Virus record (IMG/VR): IMGVR_UViG_3300020404_000088
Span: 1-55,952 of that record
Length of the DNA: 55,952 nt
Strand: one strand, 5' to 3'
DNA from: a virus
Lineage: Duplodnaviria > Caudoviricetes
Shown here: positions 26,361-34,627 of the stretch, piece after piece
How positions within the stretch are numbered: the first letter of the stretch is position 1
Layout of the letters: each line of letters starts with the position of its first letter
The notes under the pieces: model-generated
Databases searched by the model: none
The model's input: only the letters and a program-made list of their open reading frames with translations
Told to the model about the DNA's origin: nothing
Made by a program: the position numbers and the translations under genes

Positions 26361-27497
26361 TTATATGTTTAATGGACTTGTTGATTGAAATAACTCTTCC
26401 CTCTCTCCATTTACTGTTACAGTTTGTTGTTTCTTAAATAGTCTTATCTTATCTAAGTTTTTATGTTCTTTTTTTAGAGCAGGTAAAGCACCATATAAAA
26501 CTATGTTATCAGCAAATGCAACCTTTGAATTATTTGGTGAAGCCTCAAAGAATGTTGCTCTGATATTTTCTATATCTGATTCCCAAATAGTTTTAAATTT
26601 ATCTACTAAGTCGTTATAAGAATTTAAAAGATTACCAGAGTCTAAAACACCTGTGTGTATGACAACTCTAATTTGAGCACCGATATTATCTTTTGCAAGT
26701 CTGGCTGCCTTTGTTATGGTTGAACTCACAGTTGAAGCAGATACGACTAGATACTTTATCTTATCTGTATTGATGTATTTGTTTTTATTCATCCATGTCT
26801 TGATTTGTGTTTGTGATTCCCAAGATGTTATATCTTCTTGATTAGTATCCTTTTCTTTATAAACACGAAGAATTGCAGCATCCATAGCGTTTTTAGTATA
26901 ACTGTTTTCGCAAATATCATAAAATCTTTCAGTTATTGCGTCTATTTGTTTATACATATCGTCATATTTTTTTATCCAACCTTTTTGTAAAGCAAGTATG
27001 CACTCTTGCTCTATGTCATATAACCTCGATGGTCCTGATGGATCGTTTTTTGGATTTAATTTTAAGGCAAACTTTGAAGCATCTGATTCTTCTGGTATGT
27101 CATATACTGTAGCGATACAATTCTCTAGTCCTATCTCCTCAAATATTTTATCTCTCGTATGACCTGTTAGTGGATATAAACCATCTGCTTTTCTAATCAA
27201 ACTTAAACCAGGTGATGTTAGTTTTAAACCTTGCTCATGTATTGAATTTCTAATATCTTTATGTGCAGGATTACCATTACCAAATCTACTTTGATAGGTC
27301 TGAAATCTTCCTCCACGCCATTTGATATCTTTTCTATCAACTAGTGTGGGCTCAGAAGCTGTTCCGTATGGAAATTTATCACCATACATTTGAGGCTTAA
27401 GTTCTTTATTGTGAGTTTGTTTGTGAATTGTTAAGTGGTCTTCATTTAGTCTTTTTACTTTAGATAGATCCACTATGTGGCTTGATTCTATTAGCAT
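26361..27497 (-). CDS. hypothetical protein, possible ParB/Srx-like N-terminal domain
   Basis: 378 aa; IRNSIHEQGL...LYPLTGHTR resembles the ParB GxxR motif; AGGAG RBS. Confidence 0.55.
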   Translation of the reverse strand: MLIESSHIVDLSKVKRLNEDHLTIHKQTHNKELKPQMYGDKFPYGTASEPTLVDRKDIKWRGGRFQTYQSRFGNGNPAHKDIRNSIHEQGLKLTSPGLSLIRKADGLYPLTGHTRDKIFEEIGLENCIATVYDIPEESDASKFALKLNPKNDPSGPSRLYDIEQECILALQKGWIKKYDDMYKQIDAITERFYDICENSYTKNAMDAAILRVYKEKDTNQEDITSWESQTQIKTWMNKNKYINTDKIKYLVVSASTVSSTITKAARLAKDNIGAQIRVVIHTGVLDSGNLLNSYNDLVDKFKTIWESDIENIRATFFEASPNNSKVAFADNIVLYGALPALKKEHKNLDKIRLFKKQQTVTVNGEREELFQSTSPLNI

Positions 27498-27583
27498 TTT
27501 ATTTCTCCTTGTTTTTAGGTTGTCAATCTCTTTACTAGTGGTATTCTAGTGTATTGATTAACAATTAATTAATGTTATATTTT

Positions 27584-27630
27584 TATTTATATTATATCAT
27601 ATTTAGAGGAGAGGATCAAGCCCTCTCCTC
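27584..27630 (-). promoter_or_regulatory. hairpin with embedded -35, -10 and late promoter
   Basis: GAGGAGAGG/CCTCTCCTC inverted repeat; TTGATC-N17-TATAAT; TATAAATA at 27584-91. Confidence 0.7.
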
Positions 27631-27643
27631 CATTTTATTTTTA

Positions 27644-28066
27644 TTATTTGATTTTGATTGTCTTCGGTTTCTTTTCCTCAGGTACAATCTTTTCAAGATC
27701 AATAACAAGCATACCGTCTTTTAATTCAGCACCTTTTACAACAACATCATCTGCCAATGTAAACGATCTAGTGAATTGTCTTTTTGATATACCTTTATGT
27801 ATTGGTTCTTTTCCCTTGTCTTCACTCGGTATAGATTTAATTGTCAATTGATTTTCAGCAGTAGATACATCAATATCTTTTTTGCCAAAACCAGCAAGTG
27901 CTATCTCAATGTTCCAATTGAAATTATCTATCTTATTAATATTGTAAGGGGGATAATTTACTGTCCTCGTATTGTCTAGGTGTAAATTAAAGTGATCGAA
28001 TATATTATCGAACCCTACTGAAAAGGGTCTTAGATCATTCCAGATCCGTAGTTCTCTATTAGTCAT
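27644..28066 (-). CDS. hsp20: small heat shock protein (IbpA/Hsp20)
   Basis: NYPPYNI, IEIALAGF, HKGISKRQFTRSFTL, LKDGML.I.L..IVPEEKKPKTIKI. Confidence 0.96.
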   Translation of the reverse strand: MTNRELRIWNDLRPFSVGFDNIFDHFNLHLDNTRTVNYPPYNINKIDNFNWNIEIALAGFGKKDIDVSTAENQLTIKSIPSEDKGKEPIHKGISKRQFTRSFTLADDVVVKGAELKDGMLVIDLEKIVPEEKKPKTIKIK

Positions 28067-28071
28067 ATTTG

Positions 28072-28117
28072 CTCCTTTGTAAGCGAGTTAAATTATGATA
28101 CCTCTTATGAGCGTATC
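28072..28117 (-). promoter_or_regulatory. ROSE-like RNA thermometer in hsp20 5' UTR
   Basis: CUC(G)CUU pairs with AAGGAG with a bulged G (UCGCU motif); upstream hairpin GAUAC(G)CUC-AUAA-GAGGUAUC. Confidence 0.7.
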
Positions 28118-28125
28118 GTTATTAT

Positions 28126-28153
28126 ATATAAGAATTAATTTTTAAATTACAAG
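28126..28153 (-). promoter_or_regulatory. alphaproteobacterial RpoH(sigma32)-type promoter
   Basis: CTTG-N17-CTTATAT directly upstream of the hsp20 UTR. Confidence 0.6.
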
Positions 28154-28174
28154 TCTTATATAAAATTATTTATA

Positions 28175-28375
28175 ATCGGTAGAGGTAGGTCTCACCCTCT
28201 TTTACCCTAAAATGTCTTACCATTTTTGTCACATTTAAGTGCTACAAAGACCAATGGACCGATAAGGTAGTTTCTTTTATCACGGAGTGAAACTACCAAA
28301 CCTCACCGAATTAAGTATCTTTGCGGAAGATACTCTACCTCTTAATGTAAGGACTTACGATCAGCCTTACATTAC
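28175..28375 (-). ncRNA. putative structured non-coding RNA (~200 nt)
   Basis: ORF-free; TATAAATA at 28376-83 and 28167-74; four hairpins plus two crossing long-range helices. Confidence 0.7.
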
Positions 28376-28390
28376 TATTTATACGGCCAA

Positions 28391-28657
28391 TTACGCTGAA
28401 TAAGCGTATTTAAATGGACCATATAATTTTCTAATACCAGCAGCGATAATAGATTTAGTAGGAGTACCCAATCTGTATGAAGTACCTTTAGTTGATTCAT
28501 TGATATAAATCATGTGTCCCTCTGATCTTAATTGATCTACCATTGCTCTTGGTGATGTTAAATCAAATTTGCTTCTTAGTGCTTTCCAAGATACTGGTGC
28601 ACCTTTTGAAAGTAAATTTAATACTTTAGTTTTTTTATTTAATGTTTTTCTAGCCAT
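28391..28657 (-). CDS. small basic winged-HTH-like protein
   Basis: Start MARKTL (28657); KVLNLL..G..VSWKAL..FDLTSPRAMVDQLRSEGHMI..YRLG. Confidence 0.7.
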   Translation of the reverse strand: MARKTLNKKTKVLNLLSKGAPVSWKALRSKFDLTSPRAMVDQLRSEGHMIYINESTKGTSYRLGTPTKSIIAAGIRKLYGPFKYAYSA

Positions 28658-28733
28658 TATATTTTTCCTTTTTTTCTCTTGTTGTTTCAAATTAAACATA
28701 CGAGATATTAACAACATAAAATATCTCATAATT

Positions 28734-28946
28734 CTATATTTCGCCTTTCAGCGCTTTAATCTTTTGCTCTTTTTTATATCTTCTAGTATTCTCTTTTTTC
28801 TTCTCTCTCTTTTTAAAAGAAGGTTTTTGATAATACTGTCGATCTCTTAATTCTTTCATAACGCCATCTTTTAATAATTTTTTCTTTAAGACTCTTAATG
28901 CCTTCTCAACGTTATTATTTCTTACTTCTATTGTATATCCAGCCAT
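28734..28946 (-). CDS. rpsU: ribosomal protein bS21
   Basis: IEVRNNNVEKALRVLKKKL..DGVMKELRDRQYYQKPS. Confidence 0.93.
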   Translation of the reverse strand: MAGYTIEVRNNNVEKALRVLKKKLLKDGVMKELRDRQYYQKPSFKKREKKKENTRRYKKEQKIKALKGEI

Positions 28947-28947
28947 A

Positions 28948-29265
28948 CTATTCTTTAAATGTTATCTCAGTTACATCTTGTACCCAAGCCGCAGGTATAG
29001 TTGATACATTACCTACTGTTAATGTTCCGTCTTCATCATCTACAATGTAGTCTGTGAAGATAATAATTTTATCTCTATTCTGTAATAGTTTATATCCTAA
29101 TGATACAGGTCTAGCGGGTTTAGATAACAATGCTTTATTAATATCATGCCAACCAGCATCACCAACAGCGTCATACCATTTTACTTCAACTAGAGGATAG
29201 TCAGCAATAGTACCACTTAATTTTTTTTGTTTTCTATTTCTTGGTTCTTTTTTAGATATTCTCAT
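28948..29265 (-). CDS. hypothetical protein
   Basis: 105 aa, LVEVKWYDA...SLGY...TIPAAWV small beta domain. Confidence 0.75.
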   Translation of the reverse strand: MRISKKEPRNRKQKKLSGTIADYPLVEVKWYDAVGDAGWHDINKALLSKPARPVSLGYKLLQNRDKIIIFTDYIVDDEDGTLTVGNVSTIPAAWVQDVTEITFKE

Positions 29266-29285
29266 AATTGAATCTTTCTATAATC

Positions 29286-29314
29286 ATTATAACACTTTTA
29301 GATTGTATAGTCAA
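29286..29314 (-). promoter_or_regulatory. sigma70-type promoter for the bS21 unit
   Basis: TTGACT-N17-TATAAT with TG extension; hairpin 29322-41 just upstream. Confidence 0.75.
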
Positions 29315-29354
29315 GCTATCAAGGGCGGAATAATCCACCCTCGATATAATGTGT

Positions 29355-29585
29355 TTATTCACTATCGGTAGATTCCGATTCAACAACTTGCCCTAGTGTA
29401 GGTAAAGTATATGAAGCTCTGTTTACTCTATAAGCAGTATTCTTCATTAACCAAGCTGGTTTAGTGATACCGTGTTTACTTTGTAGAGATATGATATCTT
29501 TCCTAGTAATCTCGGTAGTAAAACCTTCCTTGTTTGCCAATTTAACAAACGATTCTTGTTTTGGTGTTAGTTTAACGTTTTGCAT
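29355..29585 (-). CDS. small protein homologous to the N-terminal domain of the adjacent CobS-like ATPase
   Basis: Start MQNV (GGAG RBS); TRKDI...KPAWL...YRVNRASYTL vs TRSEI...NPSWL...FKVDRGVYTL. Confidence 0.75.
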   Translation of the reverse strand: MQNVKLTPKQESFVKLANKEGFTTEITRKDIISLQSKHGITKPAWLMKNTAYRVNRASYTLPTLGQVVESESTDSE

Positions 29586-29616
29586 AAGTGTATTCACTCC
29601 TTCCATTAATTAATAA

Positions 29617-29640
29617 CTGGTGGGGAACAACCCCCACCAG
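29617..29640 (-). terminator. GC-rich hairpin after cobS-like gene
   Basis: CTGGTGGGG/CCCCACCAG stem followed by TTATT. Confidence 0.6.
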
Positions 29641-29668
29641 CGGACTTACATTATGAATAGATTTTAGA

Positions 29669-30874
29669 TTAGACTTCAAATGTGTCCTCATCTTCCTCAC
29701 TATCATTGGAATCTTGTTTTTCTTCTGATAATATCTCTGCCTCTTCAGCAGCCTTCTTGTCAGCAAGAATTGATTCGGCACTCGCACCACTATCAACTTT
29801 AGTATATAAGTCAACAAATGATGTCTTGGTACTATCATCAAATCTGTTAGTACAAACTTCAATTGCCTTCATCTTACTTTTAAAGATCGCATATGCCTCA
29901 GCGATATGTACTAATCTTCTAGTACTGATAATCTCATCAACACCACCGTCTTTAAATGTTTTTCTAATTACATCTGCCCACGTCACAAGATTAGTAGCAA
30001 ACTTATCATCTGATTTACCAGCAGACTTTAATTTAGTAGCAACAATCTTTTGTTCAGTTTTAGCAGCAGGATACTGTTGTTCAAATGTAATAGGGAATCT
30101 TTCAAGAAACGCCTCATTAAGAACATTAGTACCGATAAACTTACCGTCATCTGAACCTTGACCTTTAGTATTAGCAGTAGCAACTACGTTGAAACCAAGT
30201 TTTGGTTTTACAAACTTGTTAATCTTTTTAACATAGATACCAGAACCTTCTAAGATAGGTTGTAAACACATGATCTTATTAGACGCAAGGTCAATCTCAT
30301 CAAGAAGTAAAACAGCACCTCTCTCCATCGCCTCGATTACTGGACCATTCTGCCATATAGTTTGACCGTCTTTCAATCTGTAACCGCCAAGTAAATCATC
30401 TTCATCGGTCTCAATTGTAATATTGACCCTAATCATTTCTCGTTTTGCAACAGCACAAGCCTGCGTTACAGCAAGAGTCTTACCATTACCAGACAATCCA
30501 GTAATGAATATAGGATAAAACTTTTTAGATGTTATAACATTTTTAACATCAGCAAAGTTACCAAAAGATACAAAATCTTTATCTTTATTAGGAACTACAT
30601 TATCAGTTAGCGAACTAACAATATATGCAGCCTTACTTTCATTTGAAATTTTAGTATCAACTGATTCAGTTTCAGCAACTTCACCAGACTCATCATTGAC
30701 GTTAAGAGTATAAACTCCTCTATCAACTTTGAACTTGTCAGATTTTAACCACGAAGGATTTTTAATCTTACCTTTTTTAACTAGATCATTAATCTCCGAT
30801 CTAGTAACCGTATCTTTTTTGTAAGTATCTTTTAATACTTTCAATACGGATTTTTGATTCACATTTAGTTCCAT
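29669..30874 (-). CDS. cobS: CobS-like MoxR AAA+ ATPase
   Basis: GLSGNGKT, ETDEDDLLGG, LLLDEID, TANTKGQG, LNEAFLERF, ISTRRL. Confidence 0.92.
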   Translation of the reverse strand: MELNVNQKSVLKVLKDTYKKDTVTRSEINDLVKKGKIKNPSWLKSDKFKVDRGVYTLNVNDESGEVAETESVDTKISNESKAAYIVSSLTDNVVPNKDKDFVSFGNFADVKNVITSKKFYPIFITGLSGNGKTLAVTQACAVAKREMIRVNITIETDEDDLLGGYRLKDGQTIWQNGPVIEAMERGAVLLLDEIDLASNKIMCLQPILEGSGIYVKKINKFVKPKLGFNVVATANTKGQGSDDGKFIGTNVLNEAFLERFPITFEQQYPAAKTEQKIVATKLKSAGKSDDKFATNLVTWADVIRKTFKDGGVDEIISTRRLVHIAEAYAIFKSKMKAIEVCTNRFDDSTKTSFVDLYTKVDSGASAESILADKKAAEEAEILSEEKQDSNDSEEDEDTFEV

Positions 30875-30929
30875 AATATATAAGTCCTTTCTTTGTTTAT
30901 ATTATTTTTTTTTCTCATAATGTACTATT

Positions 30930-30990
30930 AAGCTATCATAATTTCGGCATAAAGTCAAGCACGAATAAGTGTTGATTTTACTAGGGTTAT
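30930..30990 (-). promoter_or_regulatory. promoter with upstream AACCCTAGTA box (copy 1)
   Basis: TTGACT-N17-TAGCTT; CTAGGGTT (+ strand) at 30981-88. Confidence 0.65.
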
Positions 30991-30996
30991 CCATGA

Positions 30997-33180
30997 TTAT
31001 GCAACCCTCTTGATAAAGTTTTGCAATAATACCCTTGATTCTAGTCTTTTTTTCATGCCAGACATAAACATTCTTTTTAACTGACTTTTTTTAACAGTTG
31101 CCGTATCATCATAAACTTTATTGGTAACTTTAGTGTCTGATTTCACATAGTAATAAACATCATAACCTGTGCCATAGTCAGCGATAAACTTATCTCTAGT
31201 AAACATTCTCTTAGCAAGAGCTTCTTTATTATAAGGCACATGAAAATTATATCTTAAATCTTGATATTTTTTAACTAGAAAGAAACCGATAGTCTGTAAA
31301 TCATATTTCTTTTTAAGATTCTGTAATAGGTGATAAGTTAAATCTTTACCATCACCTCTATAAGAATAATCACATTTTTTGTATCTATTGTTTAGTTTAA
31401 TCATCAACTGGCCACCATCAATACTAGAGATTGAATTGGCAGAACCGTCTGTTAAGGTAACTAAAGCAACTTTATCTGTTCTATAATCCTTTCTAAACTT
31501 GGCAATCATAGGATCCATAGCAATAAAAGCCTCGTTCAACGGAGTAGATGATAGGTAATACTTGTGACTAATACTAGGTATACTATAAGAATCATATGAG
31601 TTATAACTTCTTCTACCCATATAATAACTACCGAAATACATTGCTGATCTATGTAAGTTTTCAGCACATCTTTTAAAATCTGATTTACTTTGTTTATGTG
31701 TAAACAACTGAACCAATCTAGTAGTCTGATCTGGTTGAAGTGACTTACGGTCTGTAATAAATGGCGTGTCAGGATGACTTTTAAGTTTATTTGCCTGTCG
31801 TTCTTGATAACTAAATCCTGTTGAACCGTTATTTAAAAACTTATATACTGAAAAAGGTATATTGATTTTTCTACAAAACATCACAAGGTTTAGTAATTGT
31901 TCAGTTGTAGGTATAAGGTTACGTTGCATTGAACCTGACCAATCAAGTAAGAACATCATACCGTGATTTTTCTGATTAGGTATACTAGACATCTTTTTGA
32001 AGATATCTTCAGCATATTTGTATGAGTGTAATTTTAGAGGATCAATAATACCTGTTTTTGATATCGTTGATCTAGCGTGTAGTTGAGCATTCTTCTTCAT
32101 TTCAAACTCTTTAACAAGATAATTCACAACACTAGAAGACTCATCCATAAACTTTTTAGTTTCATTTTTACATTTTTGTAAATCTTCTTTTTCACCTGTC
32201 ATTAGTTTAGCGTCTTCTCTAGCAAAATCTCTAATATATTCTTTGTAAGGTATAATTAATTTGTTTAATCTAACACCTGGCACAGTAACATATGATCTTG
32301 AAGTAGCATTATCATCAACTTGTTTTTGAACAGCGTCATCAAAAGCCTCATTAGTAACTGATATGATCTTTAAGTCACCATCAGCGCCGTTAGCAGAAGC
32401 ACCTTTTGTGTCTTCTTCTTTTTTATCTTCTTGTTTATCTTCGCCAACTTCTTTAGATAAGAAGTCTTGTAGTTTATCTTCGGTAGACTTATCTGATTTT
32501 TGATCTTCATTATCACTATCACTTGAATTGTCTGATTGTGAATCTTGATTATCACCTTCTTGTTTATCATCACCCTTGACTTTTTTAGGTGTATAAGTCT
32601 TTTTAAGCTGTGGTTGTTTTTTTAATTCTTCTTTACAATAACCTAGTATATCTTCGGCAAGTTTTTGTACATCAGCAAATGATTTACAAGCGTCAACTAG
32701 TTTTACAAAGTGTTGTTCTTTTTTATTGAAATCAAAATCTAGAGTCTTTGATGATTTGAAATACATATTGATCTTGTCAATAAGTGTATAATCTTTTTGT
32801 AAATTTTTATCTTGTGTGCCAAAGAAGTTATCTTTGTACATCTTTTTGAAACCTAATAGATAGTCATTAGTCAAACCAGGATATTTCTTTTGTATAAGTT
32901 TATCAATTCTAGCGTCTTCGATAACGTTTACAAACGATCTGAATTCTTGTGATCTATCTTTCATGTTCATCCAACCGTCGGCAGGTGTGTGTAAAGCATG
33001 AGATACCTCATGGCCAACTAACATATCATAAACGTGTTTCGATTTGTGTTCTTCTTTAAATATAGGGATTGTTAAGACTCTATCTTTTACATCAAAAGAA
33101 GCAGTCTTTACAGCGTTCTCTTGTACTTCAATATTTTCTGTTGCGAGAAGTTTAGCAAGTTGTGATTTATTTTTTTTCAT
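30997..33180 (-). CDS. vWA-domain protein with N-terminal HExxH metallopeptidase-like domain (CobT-like partner)
   Basis: GHEVSH, NVIEDARI, acidic linker, LLDWSGSM (MIDAS), STPL, LTDG. Confidence 0.88.
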   Translation of the reverse strand: MKKNKSQLAKLLATENIEVQENAVKTASFDVKDRVLTIPIFKEEHKSKHVYDMLVGHEVSHALHTPADGWMNMKDRSQEFRSFVNVIEDARIDKLIQKKYPGLTNDYLLGFKKMYKDNFFGTQDKNLQKDYTLIDKINMYFKSSKTLDFDFNKKEQHFVKLVDACKSFADVQKLAEDILGYCKEELKKQPQLKKTYTPKKVKGDDKQEGDNQDSQSDNSSDSDNEDQKSDKSTEDKLQDFLSKEVGEDKQEDKKEEDTKGASANGADGDLKIISVTNEAFDDAVQKQVDDNATSRSYVTVPGVRLNKLIIPYKEYIRDFAREDAKLMTGEKEDLQKCKNETKKFMDESSSVVNYLVKEFEMKKNAQLHARSTISKTGIIDPLKLHSYKYAEDIFKKMSSIPNQKNHGMMFLLDWSGSMQRNLIPTTEQLLNLVMFCRKINIPFSVYKFLNNGSTGFSYQERQANKLKSHPDTPFITDRKSLQPDQTTRLVQLFTHKQSKSDFKRCAENLHRSAMYFGSYYMGRRSYNSYDSYSIPSISHKYYLSSTPLNEAFIAMDPMIAKFRKDYRTDKVALVTLTDGSANSISSIDGGQLMIKLNNRYKKCDYSYRGDGKDLTYHLLQNLKKKYDLQTIGFFLVKKYQDLRYNFHVPYNKEALAKRMFTRDKFIADYGTGYDVYYYVKSDTKVTNKVYDDTATVKKSQLKRMFMSGMKKRLESRVLLQNFIKRVA

Positions 33181-33192
33181 AATGTATAACTT

Positions 33193-33251
33193 ATGCTACT
33201 ACGAATTGGCATAAAAGTCAAGCATTAAAAAAGTCAATAAATACTAGGGTT
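33193..33251 (-). promoter_or_regulatory. promoter with upstream AACCCTAGTA box (copy 2)
   Basis: TTGACT-N17-TAGCAT; CTAGGGTT (+ strand) at 33244-51. Confidence 0.65.
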
Positions 33252-33268
33252 TTTGAATATATATAAAA

Positions 33269-33283
33269 GAACAAAACAAGAAC
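33269..33283. promoter_or_regulatory. alphaproteobacterial LexA (SOS) box-like site
   Basis: GAAC-AAAACAA-GAAC (= GTTC-N7-GTTC), intergenic. Confidence 0.6.
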
Positions 33284-33293
33284 ATTAGTAGAA

Positions 33294-34382
33294 TCAACAC
33301 TTTTTAAATATAAAAACTGGTTCAAATTTACGACCTGATATATCTGGTCTTTTGTATTCACCCATATATTGTTGTTTTTGTTTAGTTTCAGTAGTATCTC
33401 CGTCTAGTGTAGAAACGGCAGAACCTCCTTGTTGAGTTGATAATGATAACCACCATGTATCTGTATGTTCAAACCCTACCTGTTTGGCAAGTTCAACTGT
33501 ATCTTCCTCAAATGTTTTATACTGTTTTGTATTTGCAACGTTAAGTCCTAAAAACTTATTTTGTTTAAGGCCTGTATATGCATTGGCAATTGTCTGTTTA
33601 AGAAACTTCTCTTTCCACATATCACTTGTAGAAAACTTAATACTTGATTGTTCAGGTTCATCGCCATATGCTTCCCAACCAAAGTAAGGTGGACTTGTAA
33701 ATACAAAGTCTAATGAATTTTGCATTGGCACATATGTTTCGCTACCTTGTCTTAATAATTTATATGATAAATGTTTGTGACCATATTCGTCCCTAATCTT
33801 TTCTAGGCCTTCGTATGTGGGTATACAAGGATCAGTACCTATGTAATTAACGCCTGCTGATATGGCGCCTAATAAGCGACCACCATAACCCATACTAGGA
33901 TCCCATACTGTACCTGCTGTTGTGCCTTCTAGTGGACTGTCTTTATCTACAAATATATCATACATTGCAGCCGCAGCTGTAGGTCTAAAATTAGATACCA
34001 TTTGAGTACCTGTGTATCTTCTTAACATAGATCGCATATCTGATTCTGTAATTGAATGTGCTGCCTTTTTAGTGAAAAAGGTGCCTGATAATATTTTGTT
34101 TAATCCTTTTTTAAGATGTTCTTCGTCATGCCATATCTCCATAGGTGTCTTCATCTTACCACACTTAATTCCCCACGAATGATCCATATAAGACCATGCA
34201 AGATTAAGACCATGTGCAGCCTGACCTATTATCTTATTCTTTCTATCAACTAAGGTATCTCTTTTAAAATTTATTAATTGATTGAATATATTATCACGCC
34301 ATTTCTTGTCTTTAGGATAATAAGGAAAACCTCTTTGTTTCCACTCATCATGTACTTGCTGTAATGTTGTATCTTCTATCAT
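33294..34382 (-). CDS. DNA amino-methyltransferase (same family as 17189..18505)
   Basis: NFRPTAA, WDPSMGYGGRL (motif I), FTSPPYF (motif IV); start probably MIEDTT. Confidence 0.85.
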   Translation of the reverse strand: MIEDTTLQQVHDEWKQRGFPYYPKDKKWRDNIFNQLINFKRDTLVDRKNKIIGQAAHGLNLAWSYMDHSWGIKCGKMKTPMEIWHDEEHLKKGLNKILSGTFFTKKAAHSITESDMRSMLRRYTGTQMVSNFRPTAAAAMYDIFVDKDSPLEGTTAGTVWDPSMGYGGRLLGAISAGVNYIGTDPCIPTYEGLEKIRDEYGHKHLSYKLLRQGSETYVPMQNSLDFVFTSPPYFGWEAYGDEPEQSSIKFSTSDMWKEKFLKQTIANAYTGLKQNKFLGLNVANTKQYKTFEEDTVELAKQVGFEHTDTWWLSLSTQQGGSAVSTLDGDTTETKQKQQYMGEYKRPDISGRKFEPVFIFKKC

Positions 34383-34627
34383 ATCAATAACCAATTATAT
34401 GTTGCTCTCATACTTAATACTAGATACATAAATTCCATCAATGCTCTAGGCCAATCTTTATCTTTCAAACCAAAATACACCCACATTATACAAGCGATAA
34501 CACTAAAGGTCCAACCCACCCATTGTGTAGAGATATTTGCATTAGATAATATAGATACACTTATCATCGCTAATAAGAAGCCTACCCAACGCCAACCGTT
34601 TATATGTTTGAATGATTTAATTTTCAT
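34379..34627 (-). CDS. small three-helix membrane protein
   Basis: Three hydrophobic Trp-rich segments. Confidence 0.7.
   Translation of the reverse strand: MKIKSFKHINGWRWVGFLLAMISVSILSNANISTQWVGWTFSVIACIMWVYFGLKDKDWPRALMEFMYLVLSMRATYNWLLI

Noticed and set aside
28175-28375. Assignment of the structured RNA as tRNA, RNase P, tmRNA or hammerhead
   Set aside because: No cloverleaf/CCA, no GAGGAAAGUCC, no tag frame, and CUGAUCG is not the CUGANGA core
29572-29862. 96-aa ORF overlapping the cobS 3' end
   Set aside because: Alternative frame across cobS and a hairpin; no support
29669-33180. Cobalamin biosynthesis (CobST cobaltochelatase) interpretation
   Set aside because: No cobN or other cob genes in the window; the MoxR AAA + vWA pair is better read as a chaperone-like system
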